From positions 111,770-175,769 of the forward strand of contig JBBDYC010000019.1 in assembly GCA_040901985.1 (NCBI GenBank): a stretch of 64,000 bases of DNA. Reading direction: 5' to 3'. Positions 9,986 through 19,941 of the stretch are shown one piece after another. Position 1 is the stretch's first letter; every line of letters starts with the position of its first letter. The position numbers were made by a program, and so were the translations under genes. Under the pieces are notes generated by a model. The model did no database searches and was not told the origin of the DNA. It saw nothing but the letters and a program-made list of their open reading frames with translations. Origin of the DNA: Gemmatimonadaceae bacterium. Lineage in GTDB: Bacteria > Gemmatimonadota > Gemmatimonadetes > Gemmatimonadales > Gemmatimonadaceae.

Positions 9986-10849
9986 ATGACACTTCCCGCC
10001 ACCAGCGACCCCGTGGTCCCCGACGACCTGCGCGCGAAGGAGCGCCGGCTCGCCGAGTGGTGCCGCGCCCACGGGTCGGTCCTGGTCGGCTTCTCGGGAG
10101 GCGTGGACTCGGCGTACCTCGCCTGCGTCGCCCGCGACGCGCTCGGCGCCGGTCGAGTGCTCGCCGTGATCGGTCGCAGCGCATCGTATCCGGCGGTGCA
10201 GTGGAAGCGCGCGCGCGAGGTCGCCGACGCCTTTGCGATTCCCGTGCTCGAGGTGGATACCGACGAGCTCGCCGACCCGCGCTACGCCGCCAACCCCACC
10301 GACCGCTGCTACTTCTGCAAGTCGGAGCTCTGGTCGCGGCTCGCGCCCGTCGCCGCCGAGCGCGGCCTCGCGGTGATCGCGGATGGCACCAACGCCGACG
10401 ATCGCACCGAGCATCGGCCGGGGGTGCGGGCGGCACGCGAGCGCGGGGTGGCGTCGCCGCTCGCCGAGCTCGGCTTCACCAAGGCGGAGATCCGTGTACT
10501 CTCCCGGGCACGGGGCATTTCCACCTGGGACCAGCCGTCGTCGCCCTGTCTCTCGTCACGCCTGCCGTATGGCACCGCCGTGACGCCGGAGCGCTTGCGC
10601 GCGGTCGAGCGGGCCGAGGCGGCGCTCCGCGAGCTGGGCATCACGGGGAACCTCCGCGTGCGCCACTTCGGCGAACGTGCGCGCGTCGAACTCGACCGGG
10701 AGCTGGTCGCCCACTGGAGCGACGGTGCCGCGCGCGCCGCGCTCGACGCGGCGGTCTCCGCGGCCGGCTTTGCCGTCGTCGAGCTCGATCCGCGCGGGTT
10801 CCGCTCGGGCGCGCTCAATGTCCTGGCCGGCGTGCCGGGCGTGGGATGA
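9986..10849 (+). CDS. larE: ATP-dependent sacrificial sulfur transferase, LarE family
   Basis: PP-loop SGGVDS, NPTDRCYFCK, DGTNADD..HRPG, PSSPCLSSR, RVRH, GFRSGALN. Confidence 0.9.
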   Translation: MTLPATSDPVVPDDLRAKERRLAEWCRAHGSVLVGFSGGVDSAYLACVARDALGAGRVLAVIGRSASYPAVQWKRAREVADAFAIPVLEVDTDELADPRYAANPTDRCYFCKSELWSRLAPVAAERGLAVIADGTNADDRTEHRPGVRAARERGVASPLAELGFTKAEIRVLSRARGISTWDQPSSPCLSSRLPYGTAVTPERLRAVERAEAALRELGITGNLRVRHFGERARVELDRELVAHWSDGAARAALDAAVSAAGFAVVELDPRGFRSGALNVLAGVPGVG

Positions 10850-11502
10850 CGACGTGCCTCGGTCGGATCGGCTGCGGCGCGCTGCTCGTCGTCTTCGGCG
10901 CGGTCAGCTGGCACTATCGCGACGCCTGGCTCCCGCGCCTCCGATCCGTCGTCCAGGCCGAGATGCCGTGGCAGCACGACGATTGGACGGTGGTCACCGC
11001 CGAGGGCGCCGGGCGCGCGGCCGCGCGGATCGACCGCCTGCGGGGCCGCACGGGCCCGTCGTACGTGAACATTGACGGCGCGGACTTCGTGGCGTACGCG
11101 CTCCGCGACGCGCTCGCCGGGATCCACCAGGTGGACTCGGTTCCCGAGGCGTTGATTGACGACGGTCAGGTCTATCTGCGGATGCGCGTCCGGCTCGCCG
11201 ACCTCGGCGGGAGCGAGGCCCTCGGCGCGATGGCCGGGAAATTCTCGGAGCCTGAGTTGGTGACGATAGCGGGCCGCCTCGAGTCCGTGCGGCCGGGACT
11301 CGTGCAGTATCGCCCCACCGACGTGGCGGTCCGGGACCTGAAGATCCCGCCCGGTGCACTGGCCCGACTACTCGGTCGCTGGGGGCCGAGCGCCCGTCCC
11401 GAAGGCGTCGGCGCCGACGCGCTCCCGATCGTCCTGCCCGAGTTTGTCGCCGACCTCCGGGTCGGGGGCGGCCGCGTCACCCTGTACAAGCAGGGCCCGT
11501 GA
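10846..11502 (+). CDS. Hypothetical membrane-anchored protein
   Basis: ATG overlaps larE stop; N-terminal hydrophobic segment; stop overlaps the next start. Confidence 0.7.
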   Translation: MTTCLGRIGCGALLVVFGAVSWHYRDAWLPRLRSVVQAEMPWQHDDWTVVTAEGAGRAAARIDRLRGRTGPSYVNIDGADFVAYALRDALAGIHQVDSVPEALIDDGQVYLRMRVRLADLGGSEALGAMAGKFSEPELVTIAGRLESVRPGLVQYRPTDVAVRDLKIPPGALARLLGRWGPSARPEGVGADALPIVLPEFVADLRVGGGRVTLYKQGP

Positions 11503-12866
11503 GCCGCCGCGTCCTGATCGTTGACGACGAGGCGGGGGTCCGCGCCGCGCTCGTCCAGCTCCTCGAGTACGAGGGGTACGACGTGAAGGCGGTGGCGAGC
11601 GGCCGCGAGGCGATCACGCTCTACGAGAGCTGGCGACCGCAGCTCGTTTTTCTCGACGTCAAGATGGAGGGGATTGACGGCCTCGAGACGCTGAAGCGGA
11701 TCCGCGCGCTCGACCCCGCGGCGACGGTCGTGATGATCTCCGGCCACGCGACGATCCAGGACGCCGTCGCGGCTACGCACAGCGGCGCCTACGACATCCT
11801 CGAGAAGCCACTCGATACCGATCGCATCCTCGTCACCATCCGCAACGCGATCGGTCACCTCGACCTGCGCGCGGAGAACGAGCGGCTGCGGCAGCACATC
11901 GAGGCGCACGGCGAGATTGTCGGCGACTCGGCGCCGGTGCGCGCGTTGCTCGACCAGGTCCGGCGCGTGGCCGCCACCCCGGCGCGCGTCCTGATCACCG
12001 GCGAGAACGGCACGGGGAAGGAGCTCGTCGCGCGGGCGCTCCACGCGCAGTCCACGCGCGCCAAGGGACCGTTCATCGAGGTGAACTGCGCCGCGATCCC
12101 GTCGGAACTCATCGAGAGCGAGCTCTTCGGCCATATGAAGGGGTCGTTCACCGGCGCCGTCCACGACCACGCCGGCAAGTTCGAGCAGGCGCACGGCGGG
12201 ACGCTCTTCCTCGACGAGATCGGCGATATGTCGCTCGCCGCGCAGGCCAAGGTGCTCCGGGTCCTGCAGGACGGCGAGGTCACGCGGATTGGCGGCGCAA
12301 AGGTCCACAAGGTGGACGTGCGCGTCATTGCCGCGACCAACAAGCGGCTCGAGGACGAGATCGGCGCCGGCCGCTTCCGCGAGGACCTGTATTATCGAGT
12401 CAACGTCGTGCCGATCGCCGTGCCGCCGCTGCGTGAGCGGCGTGGAGATGTGCCGATGCTCGTCCAGCACTTCCTTGATCGCGTCAGCCGCGACAGCGGA
12501 CTCCCCGCCAAGCCGGTCGAGACGACGGCGATGGACCGGCTGCGCGAGCTCGACTGGCCCGGCAACATCCGGGAGCTGCGCAACACGGTCGAACGCCTGC
12601 TGATCCTCGCGGCGGGGCCGCGGATCGTCCTCGCCGACGTCGAGCGGCTCGTCGGCGTCCGCGCCGGCGACGGCGACGTCGCCATCGGGTCGCTCGAGGA
12701 ATTCGCCACCTTCGAGGAGTTCAAGCTCGCCTCCGAACGCGCGTTCCTCCTCGCCAAGCTGCGCCAATTCGACTGGAACGTGGCCGAGACGGCGCGGGTG
12801 ATCGGGATGCCGCGGTCGAACCTCTACAAGAAGATCGAGCGCCACGGGCTGGCGCGGGAGCAATGA
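11499..12866 (+). CDS. Sigma-54-dependent response regulator (NtrC/NtrX family)
   Basis: REC domain (LIVDDE, FLDVKM), [22 protein letters not shown]-terminal Fis-type HTH. Confidence 0.95.
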   Translation: MSRRVLIVDDEAGVRAALVQLLEYEGYDVKAVASGREAITLYESWRPQLVFLDVKMEGIDGLETLKRIRALDPAATVVMISGHATIQDAVAATHSGAYDILEKPLDTDRILVTIRNAIGHLDLRAENERLRQHIEAHGEIVGDSAPVRALLDQVRRVAATPARVLITGENGTGKELVARALHAQSTRAKGPFIEVNCAAIPSELIESELFGHMKGSFTGAVHDHAGKFEQAHGGTLFLDEIGDMSLAAQAKVLRVLQDGEVTRIGGAKVHKVDVRVIAATNKRLEDEIGAGRFREDLYYRVNVVPIAVPPLRERRGDVPMLVQHFLDRVSRDSGLPAKPVETTAMDRLRELDWPGNIRELRNTVERLLILAAGPRIVLADVERLVGVRAGDGDVAIGSLEEFATFEEFKLASERAFLLAKLRQFDWNVAETARVIGMPRSNLYKKIERHGLAREQ

Positions 12867-13324
12867 TGTCCGAGCGAGACTGGGACCGGGAACTGCGGAA
12901 GATTGACGAGCAGATGGAGCGCGCGGCGCGGGAGCCCGCGCCGACCGCCGGCGCCCCGCCGGCCGTCCCGCGCGCGTCGGCGCCGGTGGGCGCTGCCGGC
13001 GCGGCCGGCGCCCCGCCGTCCAGCAGCTTTGGCGTCTTCGTGCGCCTCGCGCTCGCGACGGCACTCGGGGTCGGGATCATCTTCTGGCCCTACGGCGCGC
13101 GCTGCGGCTTCGGCCTCGCGGCGTACCTCGCGGCGGTCCTCACGGTGATCGTCAGTGGCGCGTGGTCGGCGCTCTGGACCTGGCGGTACCGCTGGGGCCG
13201 CGCCCATCTCCTCGGACTCCTGCTCGTTGTCTGGGGGTCGCTCCTCGCAGCGGTGGACGTCCTCCCGCGCGTAGGCTACGCCATTCCGACGGTCGAGCAC
13301 CCGGCGTCTTGGAGCTGCCGCTGA
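12863..13324 (+). CDS. Hypothetical membrane protein (3 TM)
   Basis: Coupled ORF with three hydrophobic segments. Confidence 0.7.
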   Translation: MMSERDWDRELRKIDEQMERAAREPAPTAGAPPAVPRASAPVGAAGAAGAPPSSSFGVFVRLALATALGVGIIFWPYGARCGFGLAAYLAAVLTVIVSGAWSALWTWRYRWGRAHLLGLLLVVWGSLLAAVDVLPRVGYAIPTVEHPASWSCR

Positions 13325-13341
13325 CGGGTTAGATTCCCGGG

Positions 13342-14823
13342 ATGCGGACCTTCCAGAACTTCATTGACGGCGAGTGGGTCGCGCCGGGCACCGGGGCGTA
13401 CTTCGACAACACCAACCCGGCCGACACGACGGACCTGGTCGGCCGGTTTCCGAAGAGCGGCGCCGACGACGTCGCCCGCGCCGTGGCCTCGGCTAAGCGG
13501 GGCTTCGAGCGCTGGCGGCGCACGCCGGCACCGGCGCGCGGAGACGTCCTCCGCCGCGTCGGCGAGATCCTGACCGCACGCAAGGAGGAACTCGCCGACC
13601 TGATGACGCGCGAGATGGGCAAGCCCCTCGCCGAGACCCGCGGCGACGTGCAGGAGGGAATCGACACCGCCTTCTACGCCGCCACCGAGGGGCGCCGCCT
13701 CTTCGGCCACACGGTCCCCAGTGAGCTGCGCGACAAGTGGGCGATGAGCTTCCGGCGGCCGATCGGCGTCGCCGGGATCATCACGCCGTTCAACTTCCCG
13801 CTCGCCATCCCCACCTGGAAGATCTTTCCGGCGCTCCTCTGCGGAAACGCGGTGATCTTCAAGCCGGCCGAGGACGTGCCGCACACCGGCCACGTCTTCG
13901 TCGAGATCCTCCTCGAGGCGGGACTCCCACCCGAGGTCGTCCAGCTCGTCCACGGCGACGGCGAGGTCGGCGCGGCAATCGTCAGCCACCCGGCGATCGG
14001 GCTCATCTCGTTCACGGGATCCACCGAGACCGGGAGCAAGGTCGGCGAGACCTGTGGCCGGATGCACAAACGCCTCTCGCTCGAGATGGGCGGGAAGAAC
14101 GCCCAGATCGTACTCGACGACGCCAAGCTCGACCTTGCCCTCGACGGGGTGCTCTGGGGCGCCTTCGGCACCACGGGCCAGCGCTGCACGGCGACGAGTC
14201 GGTTGATCCTGCAGGACGGAATCCACGACGCCTTCGTCGCCCAGCTCATCGCGCGCGCCAAGGCACTCCAGCTCGGCGATGGCCGCAAGGCGGGGACCGA
14301 CGTCGGGCCGGTGATCCACGCCGACAGCATCACCAAGATCGAGCGCTACGTCGAGATCGGACTCTCCGAGAAGGCCGAACTCGCCCTCGGCGGCCGGCGT
14401 GCGACCGGCGGCGGCCTCGAGCGCGGCTTCTTCTTCGAGCCGACGATCTTCACCGGCGTCAAGGCCGGGAGCCGGATTGAGCAGGAGGAGATCTTCGGCC
14501 CCGTACTCTCCGTGATCCGCGTGCAGGACGCCGACGAGGCATTCCGCGTGAACAACGGCGTGAAGTATGGGCTCTCGTCCTCGCTCTACACGCAAGACGT
14601 GAACCTCGCCTTTCGTGCGTTGAACGAGCTCGACAACGGGATCACCTACGTCAATGCGCCGACCATCGGCGCCGAGGCGCACCTTCCGTTCGGCGGCGTG
14701 AAGCAGACCGGCAACGGCCACCGCGAGGGTGGGTGGGAGGTCTTCGAGTTCTATTCGGAGACCAAGGTGGGGTATGTGGATTACAGCGGCACGCTCCAGC
14801 GCGCGCAGATTGACAACTATTAG
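13342..14823 (+). CDS. Aldehyde dehydrogenase family protein
   Basis: ITPFNFP, FTGSTETG, LEMGGKN, catalytic GQRCTA, EEIFGP, PFGGVKQTG. Confidence 0.95.
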   Translation: MRTFQNFIDGEWVAPGTGAYFDNTNPADTTDLVGRFPKSGADDVARAVASAKRGFERWRRTPAPARGDVLRRVGEILTARKEELADLMTREMGKPLAETRGDVQEGIDTAFYAATEGRRLFGHTVPSELRDKWAMSFRRPIGVAGIITPFNFPLAIPTWKIFPALLCGNAVIFKPAEDVPHTGHVFVEILLEAGLPPEVVQLVHGDGEVGAAIVSHPAIGLISFTGSTETGSKVGETCGRMHKRLSLEMGGKNAQIVLDDAKLDLALDGVLWGAFGTTGQRCTATSRLILQDGIHDAFVAQLIARAKALQLGDGRKAGTDVGPVIHADSITKIERYVEIGLSEKAELALGGRRATGGGLERGFFFEPTIFTGVKAGSRIEQEEIFGPVLSVIRVQDADEAFRVNNGVKYGLSSSLYTQDVNLAFRALNELDNGITYVNAPTIGAEAHLPFGGVKQTGNGHREGGWEVFEFYSETKVGYVDYSGTLQRAQIDNY

Positions 14824-14893
14824 TAGGTGACGGTCGGGCCTTGCCCGTGCCGTCAATCCCGGTGTATCTCCCAGCAGACCGGAGTCGAGACCC

Positions 14894-15685
14894 TTGACCG
14901 ACGACGCACGGCCCGACCTGAGCGACGAGATCCGGACCGGCCCTGACGCGCCGTGGCCGGAGGCGCCGGACGCGCCGGTCGTCGTCGCGCCGCGTCGCTT
15001 CCCGGTCCTGCGGACAACCTGGGAGTGGGCCAAGTCCATCTCGATGGCCATCATCCTCTTCCTCCTCGTCCGCGCCTTCCTCGTCGAGGCGTTCAAGATT
15101 CCCAGTGGATCCATGGAAGGCACGCTCCTGGTCGGCGATTTCCTCCTCGTGAACAAGTTGGTGTACGGCGCCGAGGTGCCGATCCTGCGGAAGCACCTGC
15201 CGGCGGTGCGCGATCCACGCCTCGGCGACGTCATCGTCTTCCAATGGCCGGAGGACCCCGAGAAGAGCTTCGTGAAGCGGCTGGTCGGCCTTCCGCACGA
15301 CACCGTGGAGATGCGACGCGGCGTGCTCTTCCGGAACGGCCGGGCGCAGCTGGAACCGTACGCGGTGCGCAGTGCCGCGGCTGGCGACCCGCCGAGCGAG
15401 GAGTTCCGTTGGCAGCGCGACTACGTCCCGCCGGCGGTGGACGTGCGGCGTTATCATCCGTCCCGCAACAATTGGGGTCCGCTGGTGGTTCCCGCCGACC
15501 ATTATTTCGTCCTTGGCGACAATCGCGACAATTCCAGTGACAGTCGCTACTGGGGCTTTCTTCCCGACACCCTGGTACGCGGCACGCCGATCCTGGTGTA
15601 TTACAGCTACGCGCCCGACAGTGGCCACGCCTTTGATTGGCTGACCCGCGTACGCTGGCAGCGGTTGGGAGAGTTGATCCGCTAG
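14894..15685 (+). CDS. lepB: Signal peptidase I
   Basis: IPSGSMEGTLLVGD, FVKRLVGLP, GDNRDNSSDSRYWG. Confidence 0.95.
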   Translation: MTDDARPDLSDEIRTGPDAPWPEAPDAPVVVAPRRFPVLRTTWEWAKSISMAIILFLLVRAFLVEAFKIPSGSMEGTLLVGDFLLVNKLVYGAEVPILRKHLPAVRDPRLGDVIVFQWPEDPEKSFVKRLVGLPHDTVEMRRGVLFRNGRAQLEPYAVRSAAAGDPPSEEFRWQRDYVPPAVDVRRYHPSRNNWGPLVVPADHYFVLGDNRDNSSDSRYWGFLPDTLVRGTPILVYYSYAPDSGHAFDWLTRVRWQRLGELIR

Positions 15686-15783
15686 TGTTGGTCGAGTGAC
15701 GCGCGGGGGAGCTTACGCCCCGCTGCGCGACTCTGCACATTCCGCGAGTGAGCGGAGACGTACAACGCCGGGCGCGAGGTGGT

Positions 15784-16641
15784 ATGGCGGGAGTCCAGGG
15801 CAGGCGACAGGGGTACGAGGAAGGCTCCCTCGACCAGTATCTGCGGGACATCAGCGTCTTTCCGCTGATTTCGCGCGACGAGGAGGTGCGTCTCGCCCAG
15901 CGCATCCGCGCCGACGACCAGGAGGCGCTCGACACCCTCGTCCGCTCCAACCTCCGATTCGTGGTCTCGGTCGCCAAGAAGTACCAGAATCAGGGCGTGT
16001 CGCTCTCCGACCTGATCAACGAGGGCAACCTCGGCCTCATCCGCGCCGCCCACAAGTTCGACGAGACGAAGGGCATCAAGTTCATCTCCTACGCCGTCTG
16101 GTGGATCCGCCAGGCGATTCTCCAGGCGCTCGCCGAGCAGAGCCGGATCGTCCGCGTGCCGCTCAACCGCGCGGGGACGCTCCACCGCATCGGCAAGCGT
16201 GCCAACGCGCTGCTCCAGGAACTGGGCCGCGAGGCCACCCACGCCGAGATCGCCGAGGGGATGGAGATCACCGAGGAAGAGGTCGCGAAGACGATGTCCA
16301 TCTCGCAGACCCACCTCTCGCTCGACGCGCCGATGGCGCCGGGCGAGGACAACCGCCTCCTCGACTACATCCCCGACACGCAGAGCGCCACGCCCGACGA
16401 GGAGACGTTCGAGAAGGCGCTCATTGACTCGGTGCACGAGGCGCTCGCCGGCCTCAAGGAGCGCGAAGCCAAGATCCTCCGGCTCTACTTCGGGCTCGAC
16501 GGCTCCGATCCAATGACCCTCGAGCAGATCGGCGCGGTGCTCAACATCACCCGCGAGCGCGTCCGGCAGATCAAGGAAAAGGCGCTCTCCCGGCTCCGGC
16601 ACGTCAGCCGCGCACGGGCGCTCGAGTCGTACCTCGGGTAG
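15784..16641 (+). CDS. RNA polymerase sigma-70 factor, short RpoD/SigA-like lacking region 1.1
   Basis: SLDQYLRDI, NLRFVVSVAKKY, DLINEGNLGL, KFISYAVWWIRQAI, TRERVRQIKEKAL. Confidence 0.93.
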   Translation: MAGVQGRRQGYEEGSLDQYLRDISVFPLISRDEEVRLAQRIRADDQEALDTLVRSNLRFVVSVAKKYQNQGVSLSDLINEGNLGLIRAAHKFDETKGIKFISYAVWWIRQAILQALAEQSRIVRVPLNRAGTLHRIGKRANALLQELGREATHAEIAEGMEITEEEVAKTMSISQTHLSLDAPMAPGEDNRLLDYIPDTQSATPDEETFEKALIDSVHEALAGLKEREAKILRLYFGLDGSDPMTLEQIGAVLNITRERVRQIKEKALSRLRHVSRARALESYLG

Positions 16642-16725
16642 CAAACCGCAGCCCGACCGGCGAGCTTTCGGGGTACGATGCGGGTGCCGTGACCTCCCGT
16701 CTCCCCCTCACCTCTCCCCGCTGCC

Positions 16726-17229
16726 GTGGCCAAGGACGCTTCCTTCGACGTGACCACCGGCGTGAACCTCCAGGAGGTTGACAACGCCGTCAACCAGGCC
16801 TCCAAGGAGATCGCGCAGCGCTACGACTTCAAGGACGCCAAGCTGGCGACCGTCGAGTTCAAGCGCGCCGAGGGGTTGATCAAGCTCTCCAGCGACGCCG
16901 ACATCCGGCTCCGCGCGATGTGGGACATCCTCCAGTCCAAGCTCATCAAGCGCGGCGTCCCGGTGAAGAACCTCGACGCCGGCGATCCGACACCGGGTGG
17001 CGGCGACACCTGGCACCGCGACATCAAGCTCAAGCAGTCCCTCGACGGCGACACCTGCAAGCAGGTCGTCGCCGCCATCAAGGAGCGGAAATTCAAGAAG
17101 GTCCAAGCGAGCATCCAGGGCGACACCGTCCGCGTCGCCTCGCCAAGTCGCGACGAACTGCAGGCCGTGATGACGTTCCTGCGCGGGGAGGACTTCGGCG
17201 TCCAGCTCGACTTCGGCAACTACCGCTGA
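16726..17229 (+). CDS. yajQ: YajQ family cyclic di-GMP-binding protein
   Basis: SFDV, EVDNAVNQASKEIAQRYDFK, KVQASIQGDTVRV, RDELQ, FGNYR. Confidence 0.93.
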   Translation: MAKDASFDVTTGVNLQEVDNAVNQASKEIAQRYDFKDAKLATVEFKRAEGLIKLSSDADIRLRAMWDILQSKLIKRGVPVKNLDAGDPTPGGGDTWHRDIKLKQSLDGDTCKQVVAAIKERKFKKVQASIQGDTVRVASPSRDELQAVMTFLRGEDFGVQLDFGNYR

Positions 17230-17266
17230 CCCGCCCGTCTCCCCCCCCCCGCATCTCCCGCCCCCG

Positions 17267-18658
17267 ATGAAGTTCTCGCTCGTCACACTTGGCTGTGACA
17301 AGAATACGGTGGACAGCGAGCGCTACCTCGCGCAGTTGCTCGACCACGGCGCGGTCGAGGTCGCCGACTTGGCGGACGCGGAACTGATCATCGTCAACAC
17401 CTGCGGCTTCATTGACGCCGCCAAGCGCGAGTCCATTGACGCGATTGTCGCCGCCGGCCGCCTCAAGTCCTCCGGGAGCGCCACCGCCGTCGTCGCGGTC
17501 GGCTGCATGGTCGAGCGCCACAAGGCGGAGATGGGCGAGGCGCTTCCCGAGGTGGACCTCTTTCTCGGCGCGTCGGAGACCGACCAGCTCCTCCCGCGGC
17601 TGCGCGAGCGCGGACTGGTCGGCGACCCGGTCACGCAGCATCCCGGCGTGCGGGTCCACGCCGGCGATACGCCGTTCGTGCGCTACCTCAAGGTGAGTGA
17701 GGGGTGCGACCACGGCTGCGCCTTCTGCGCGATCCCGCTGATGCGCGGCCGGCACCGCTCGTTTGCGCCCGACGAGATCGTGCGCGAGGCGCAGCTGCTC
17801 GAACTGCAGGGCGCGCGCGAGGTGAACCTGGTGGCGCAGGACCTGGCGCACTACGGCCGCGACCGCCGTGACGGGGTGCGGCTTCCGGAGCTCCTCGAGG
17901 CGCTCCTCCGCGAGACGTCCATTCCGTGGATCCGGAATATGTACCTCTATTCGGCTGGAATCACGCCGCGCCTGCTCGAGGTGATCGCCGGCGAGCCGCG
18001 CATCCTCCGCTATCTCGACATGCCCATCCAGCACGCGTCGGATACGGTCCTCGAACGGATGCGGCGTCCCGAGCGGAAGCGCACCATCCGCGAGAAGGTC
18101 GCCCGCTTCCGCGACGCGGTGCCCGGCGTCGCAATCCGCACGACCGGCATCGTCGGCTTTCCCGGCGAGACCGAGGACGACGTGGCCCAGCTGGTCGAGT
18201 TCCTGCAGGAGATCCAGTTCGAGCGCGTCGGCGTCTTCACCTACTCGCCGCAGGAGGGGACGCGCGGCGCCGAGCTTGACGACGACGTGCCGGACCTCCT
18301 CAAGCGCGAGCGGCTCGAACGGGTGCAGGAGGCGCAGCGCCACATCACGGCCGAGCGCTACGAGTCGCGGATCGGCAGCGTCGCGCCGGCGCTGGTGGAG
18401 GCCGCGGCGCCCGTCGGCGGCGCGGCGCGCACCCGGCTTGCCTGGCAGGCCGATGACGTTGACGGGGTCACGCTGGTCCGCACCGACGCCCCGGCGGGGA
18501 GTCTGATCGAAGTGGACGTGCGCGCGGTGGTGGACGACTACGACTTCGTGGCCGATTTCCGTCGCCTGATCTCGCTGCCGCCGCCGGCCGACGCCGCACC
18601 GCGCCGCGGTCGGTCGCTGCCGATGCTGGCGACGACCGTTGGGAGCTTCGGCCGGTGA
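17267..18658 (+). CDS. rimO: Ribosomal protein S12 methylthiotransferase RimO
   Basis: LGCDKNTVDSE, NTCGFIDAAKRES, radical SAM CDHGCAFC, IVGFPGETE, DVDG in TRAM region. Confidence 0.95.
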   Translation: MKFSLVTLGCDKNTVDSERYLAQLLDHGAVEVADLADAELIIVNTCGFIDAAKRESIDAIVAAGRLKSSGSATAVVAVGCMVERHKAEMGEALPEVDLFLGASETDQLLPRLRERGLVGDPVTQHPGVRVHAGDTPFVRYLKVSEGCDHGCAFCAIPLMRGRHRSFAPDEIVREAQLLELQGAREVNLVAQDLAHYGRDRRDGVRLPELLEALLRETSIPWIRNMYLYSAGITPRLLEVIAGEPRILRYLDMPIQHASDTVLERMRRPERKRTIREKVARFRDAVPGVAIRTTGIVGFPGETEDDVAQLVEFLQEIQFERVGVFTYSPQEGTRGAELDDDVPDLLKRERLERVQEAQRHITAERYESRIGSVAPALVEAAAPVGGAARTRLAWQADDVDGVTLVRTDAPAGSLIEVDVRAVVDDYDFVADFRRLISLPPPADAAPRRGRSLPMLATTVGSFGR

Positions 18659-19929
18659 GATGGCGCGTCGCGCTCCTCGGCGCGGCGGCCGTGCTCGCCT
18701 GCACTCCGCGCGTCCGCGACGGCGGCGAGGGCGCGATCCGCGCCGCGCGGGGCGTCCCGCCGGTCCGCGTGGCGCTCGCGACCGGACTCGGCACCGTGCC
18801 GCTCGCGGCGAGCGGTGGCTGGACCCTCACCGACGCGCGCGGCGACGTGCTCGTGCGCGCGAGGGCCGGGGAGCGCTGGGAGGTCCAGCGGCGCGGCTCC
18901 GAGCTGCGCGCCATCCGCGACATCGGCACCGCCACCGCGTGGCGCGCCGGCCCGCTCACGCAACGGCCGGAGCGCGGCGGCGCCGTGCGTCACGCCGGCA
19001 AGTCCTACCGCGGCGCGCTGCGCATCGTCACGACGGAGTCCGGGCTCGCGGCGGTCAATGTCGTTCCGCTCGAGGACTACCTGCGCGGCGTGGTGCCGCT
19101 CGAGCTCGGCCCGCGTCCGCGCGCCGAGCGCGCCGCGGTCGAGGCGCAGGCAATCGCGGCGCGGTCGTACACCGTCATCCGGATGGCCGCGCGGGGAGCG
19201 CGGGCGGCCCCCTTCGACCTCGGCGCGACCGTCGCCGACCAGGTGTACGGCGGCCGCGACGCCGAGGATCCAGTCGCCGATGCGGCGGTGGCCGGCACCG
19301 CCGGCCGCGTCCTCCTCTACGGCGGCCGCGTGGTCACCGCCCCGTTCCACTCGACCTGCGGCGGCGAGACCGCGGCGGCGCAGGAGGTCTGGCGCTCCGA
19401 CGGCGAGCCCCACCTGCGCCGCGTCAGCGACCGGATCCCGGGACGCGACCGCTACTACTGCGACATCGCGCCGCGCTTCGCCTGGACTCGCGAACTCTCG
19501 GGCGCCACGCTCAACGCGGTCGTCGCGCGCTACCTCGCCGCCTTCGTCACCGTGCCGACTGGCGGCCCCGGCGAGGTGGACGCGGTGAGCGTCGTCGGGC
19601 GGACGCCGAGCGGGCGGGTGGACCAGCTACGGATCCGCGCCGTCCGCGGCACGTTCGCGGTGCGCGGGAACGACGCGCGCTCCGTCCTCCGCAGCGACGC
19701 TGGCGAGCCGTTGCCGAGTGCCTATTTTGAAGTGCGGGCGGTGCCCGCGTCGGGGGGCGGCATCGGCCGGCTCGTGATCCGTGGCAACGGGTTCGGGCAC
19801 GGCGTCGGGATGTGCCAGTGGGGCGCCATCGGCCGGGCCCGCGCCGGCCAGTCGGCGCGAGCGATTCTCCGGACGTACTATCCGGGCACGACCATCGGCC
19901 CGATTCCCTCAGGGTCATTCACCCAGTAA
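18655..19929 (+). CDS. SpoIID/LytB domain lytic transglycosylase (lipoprotein)
   Basis: Lipobox VLAC, LEDYLRGVVPLE, AQAIAARSY, DQVYGG, GHGVGMCQWGA, YYPGT. Confidence 0.92.
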   Translation: MRWRVALLGAAAVLACTPRVRDGGEGAIRAARGVPPVRVALATGLGTVPLAASGGWTLTDARGDVLVRARAGERWEVQRRGSELRAIRDIGTATAWRAGPLTQRPERGGAVRHAGKSYRGALRIVTTESGLAAVNVVPLEDYLRGVVPLELGPRPRAERAAVEAQAIAARSYTVIRMAARGARAAPFDLGATVADQVYGGRDAEDPVADAAVAGTAGRVLLYGGRVVTAPFHSTCGGETAAAQEVWRSDGEPHLRRVSDRIPGRDRYYCDIAPRFAWTRELSGATLNAVVARYLAAFVTVPTGGPGEVDAVSVVGRTPSGRVDQLRIRAVRGTFAVRGNDARSVLRSDAGEPLPSAYFEVRAVPASGGGIGRLVIRGNGFGHGVGMCQWGAIGRARAGQSARAILRTYYPGTTIGPIPSGSFTQ

Positions 19930-19941
19930 CGAATTTCCAGC

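Noticed and set aside
17241..17250. C10 tract before rimO as a phase-variable switch
   Set aside because: It is intergenic, not between evident promoter boxes, and consistent with the general C-rich leaders.
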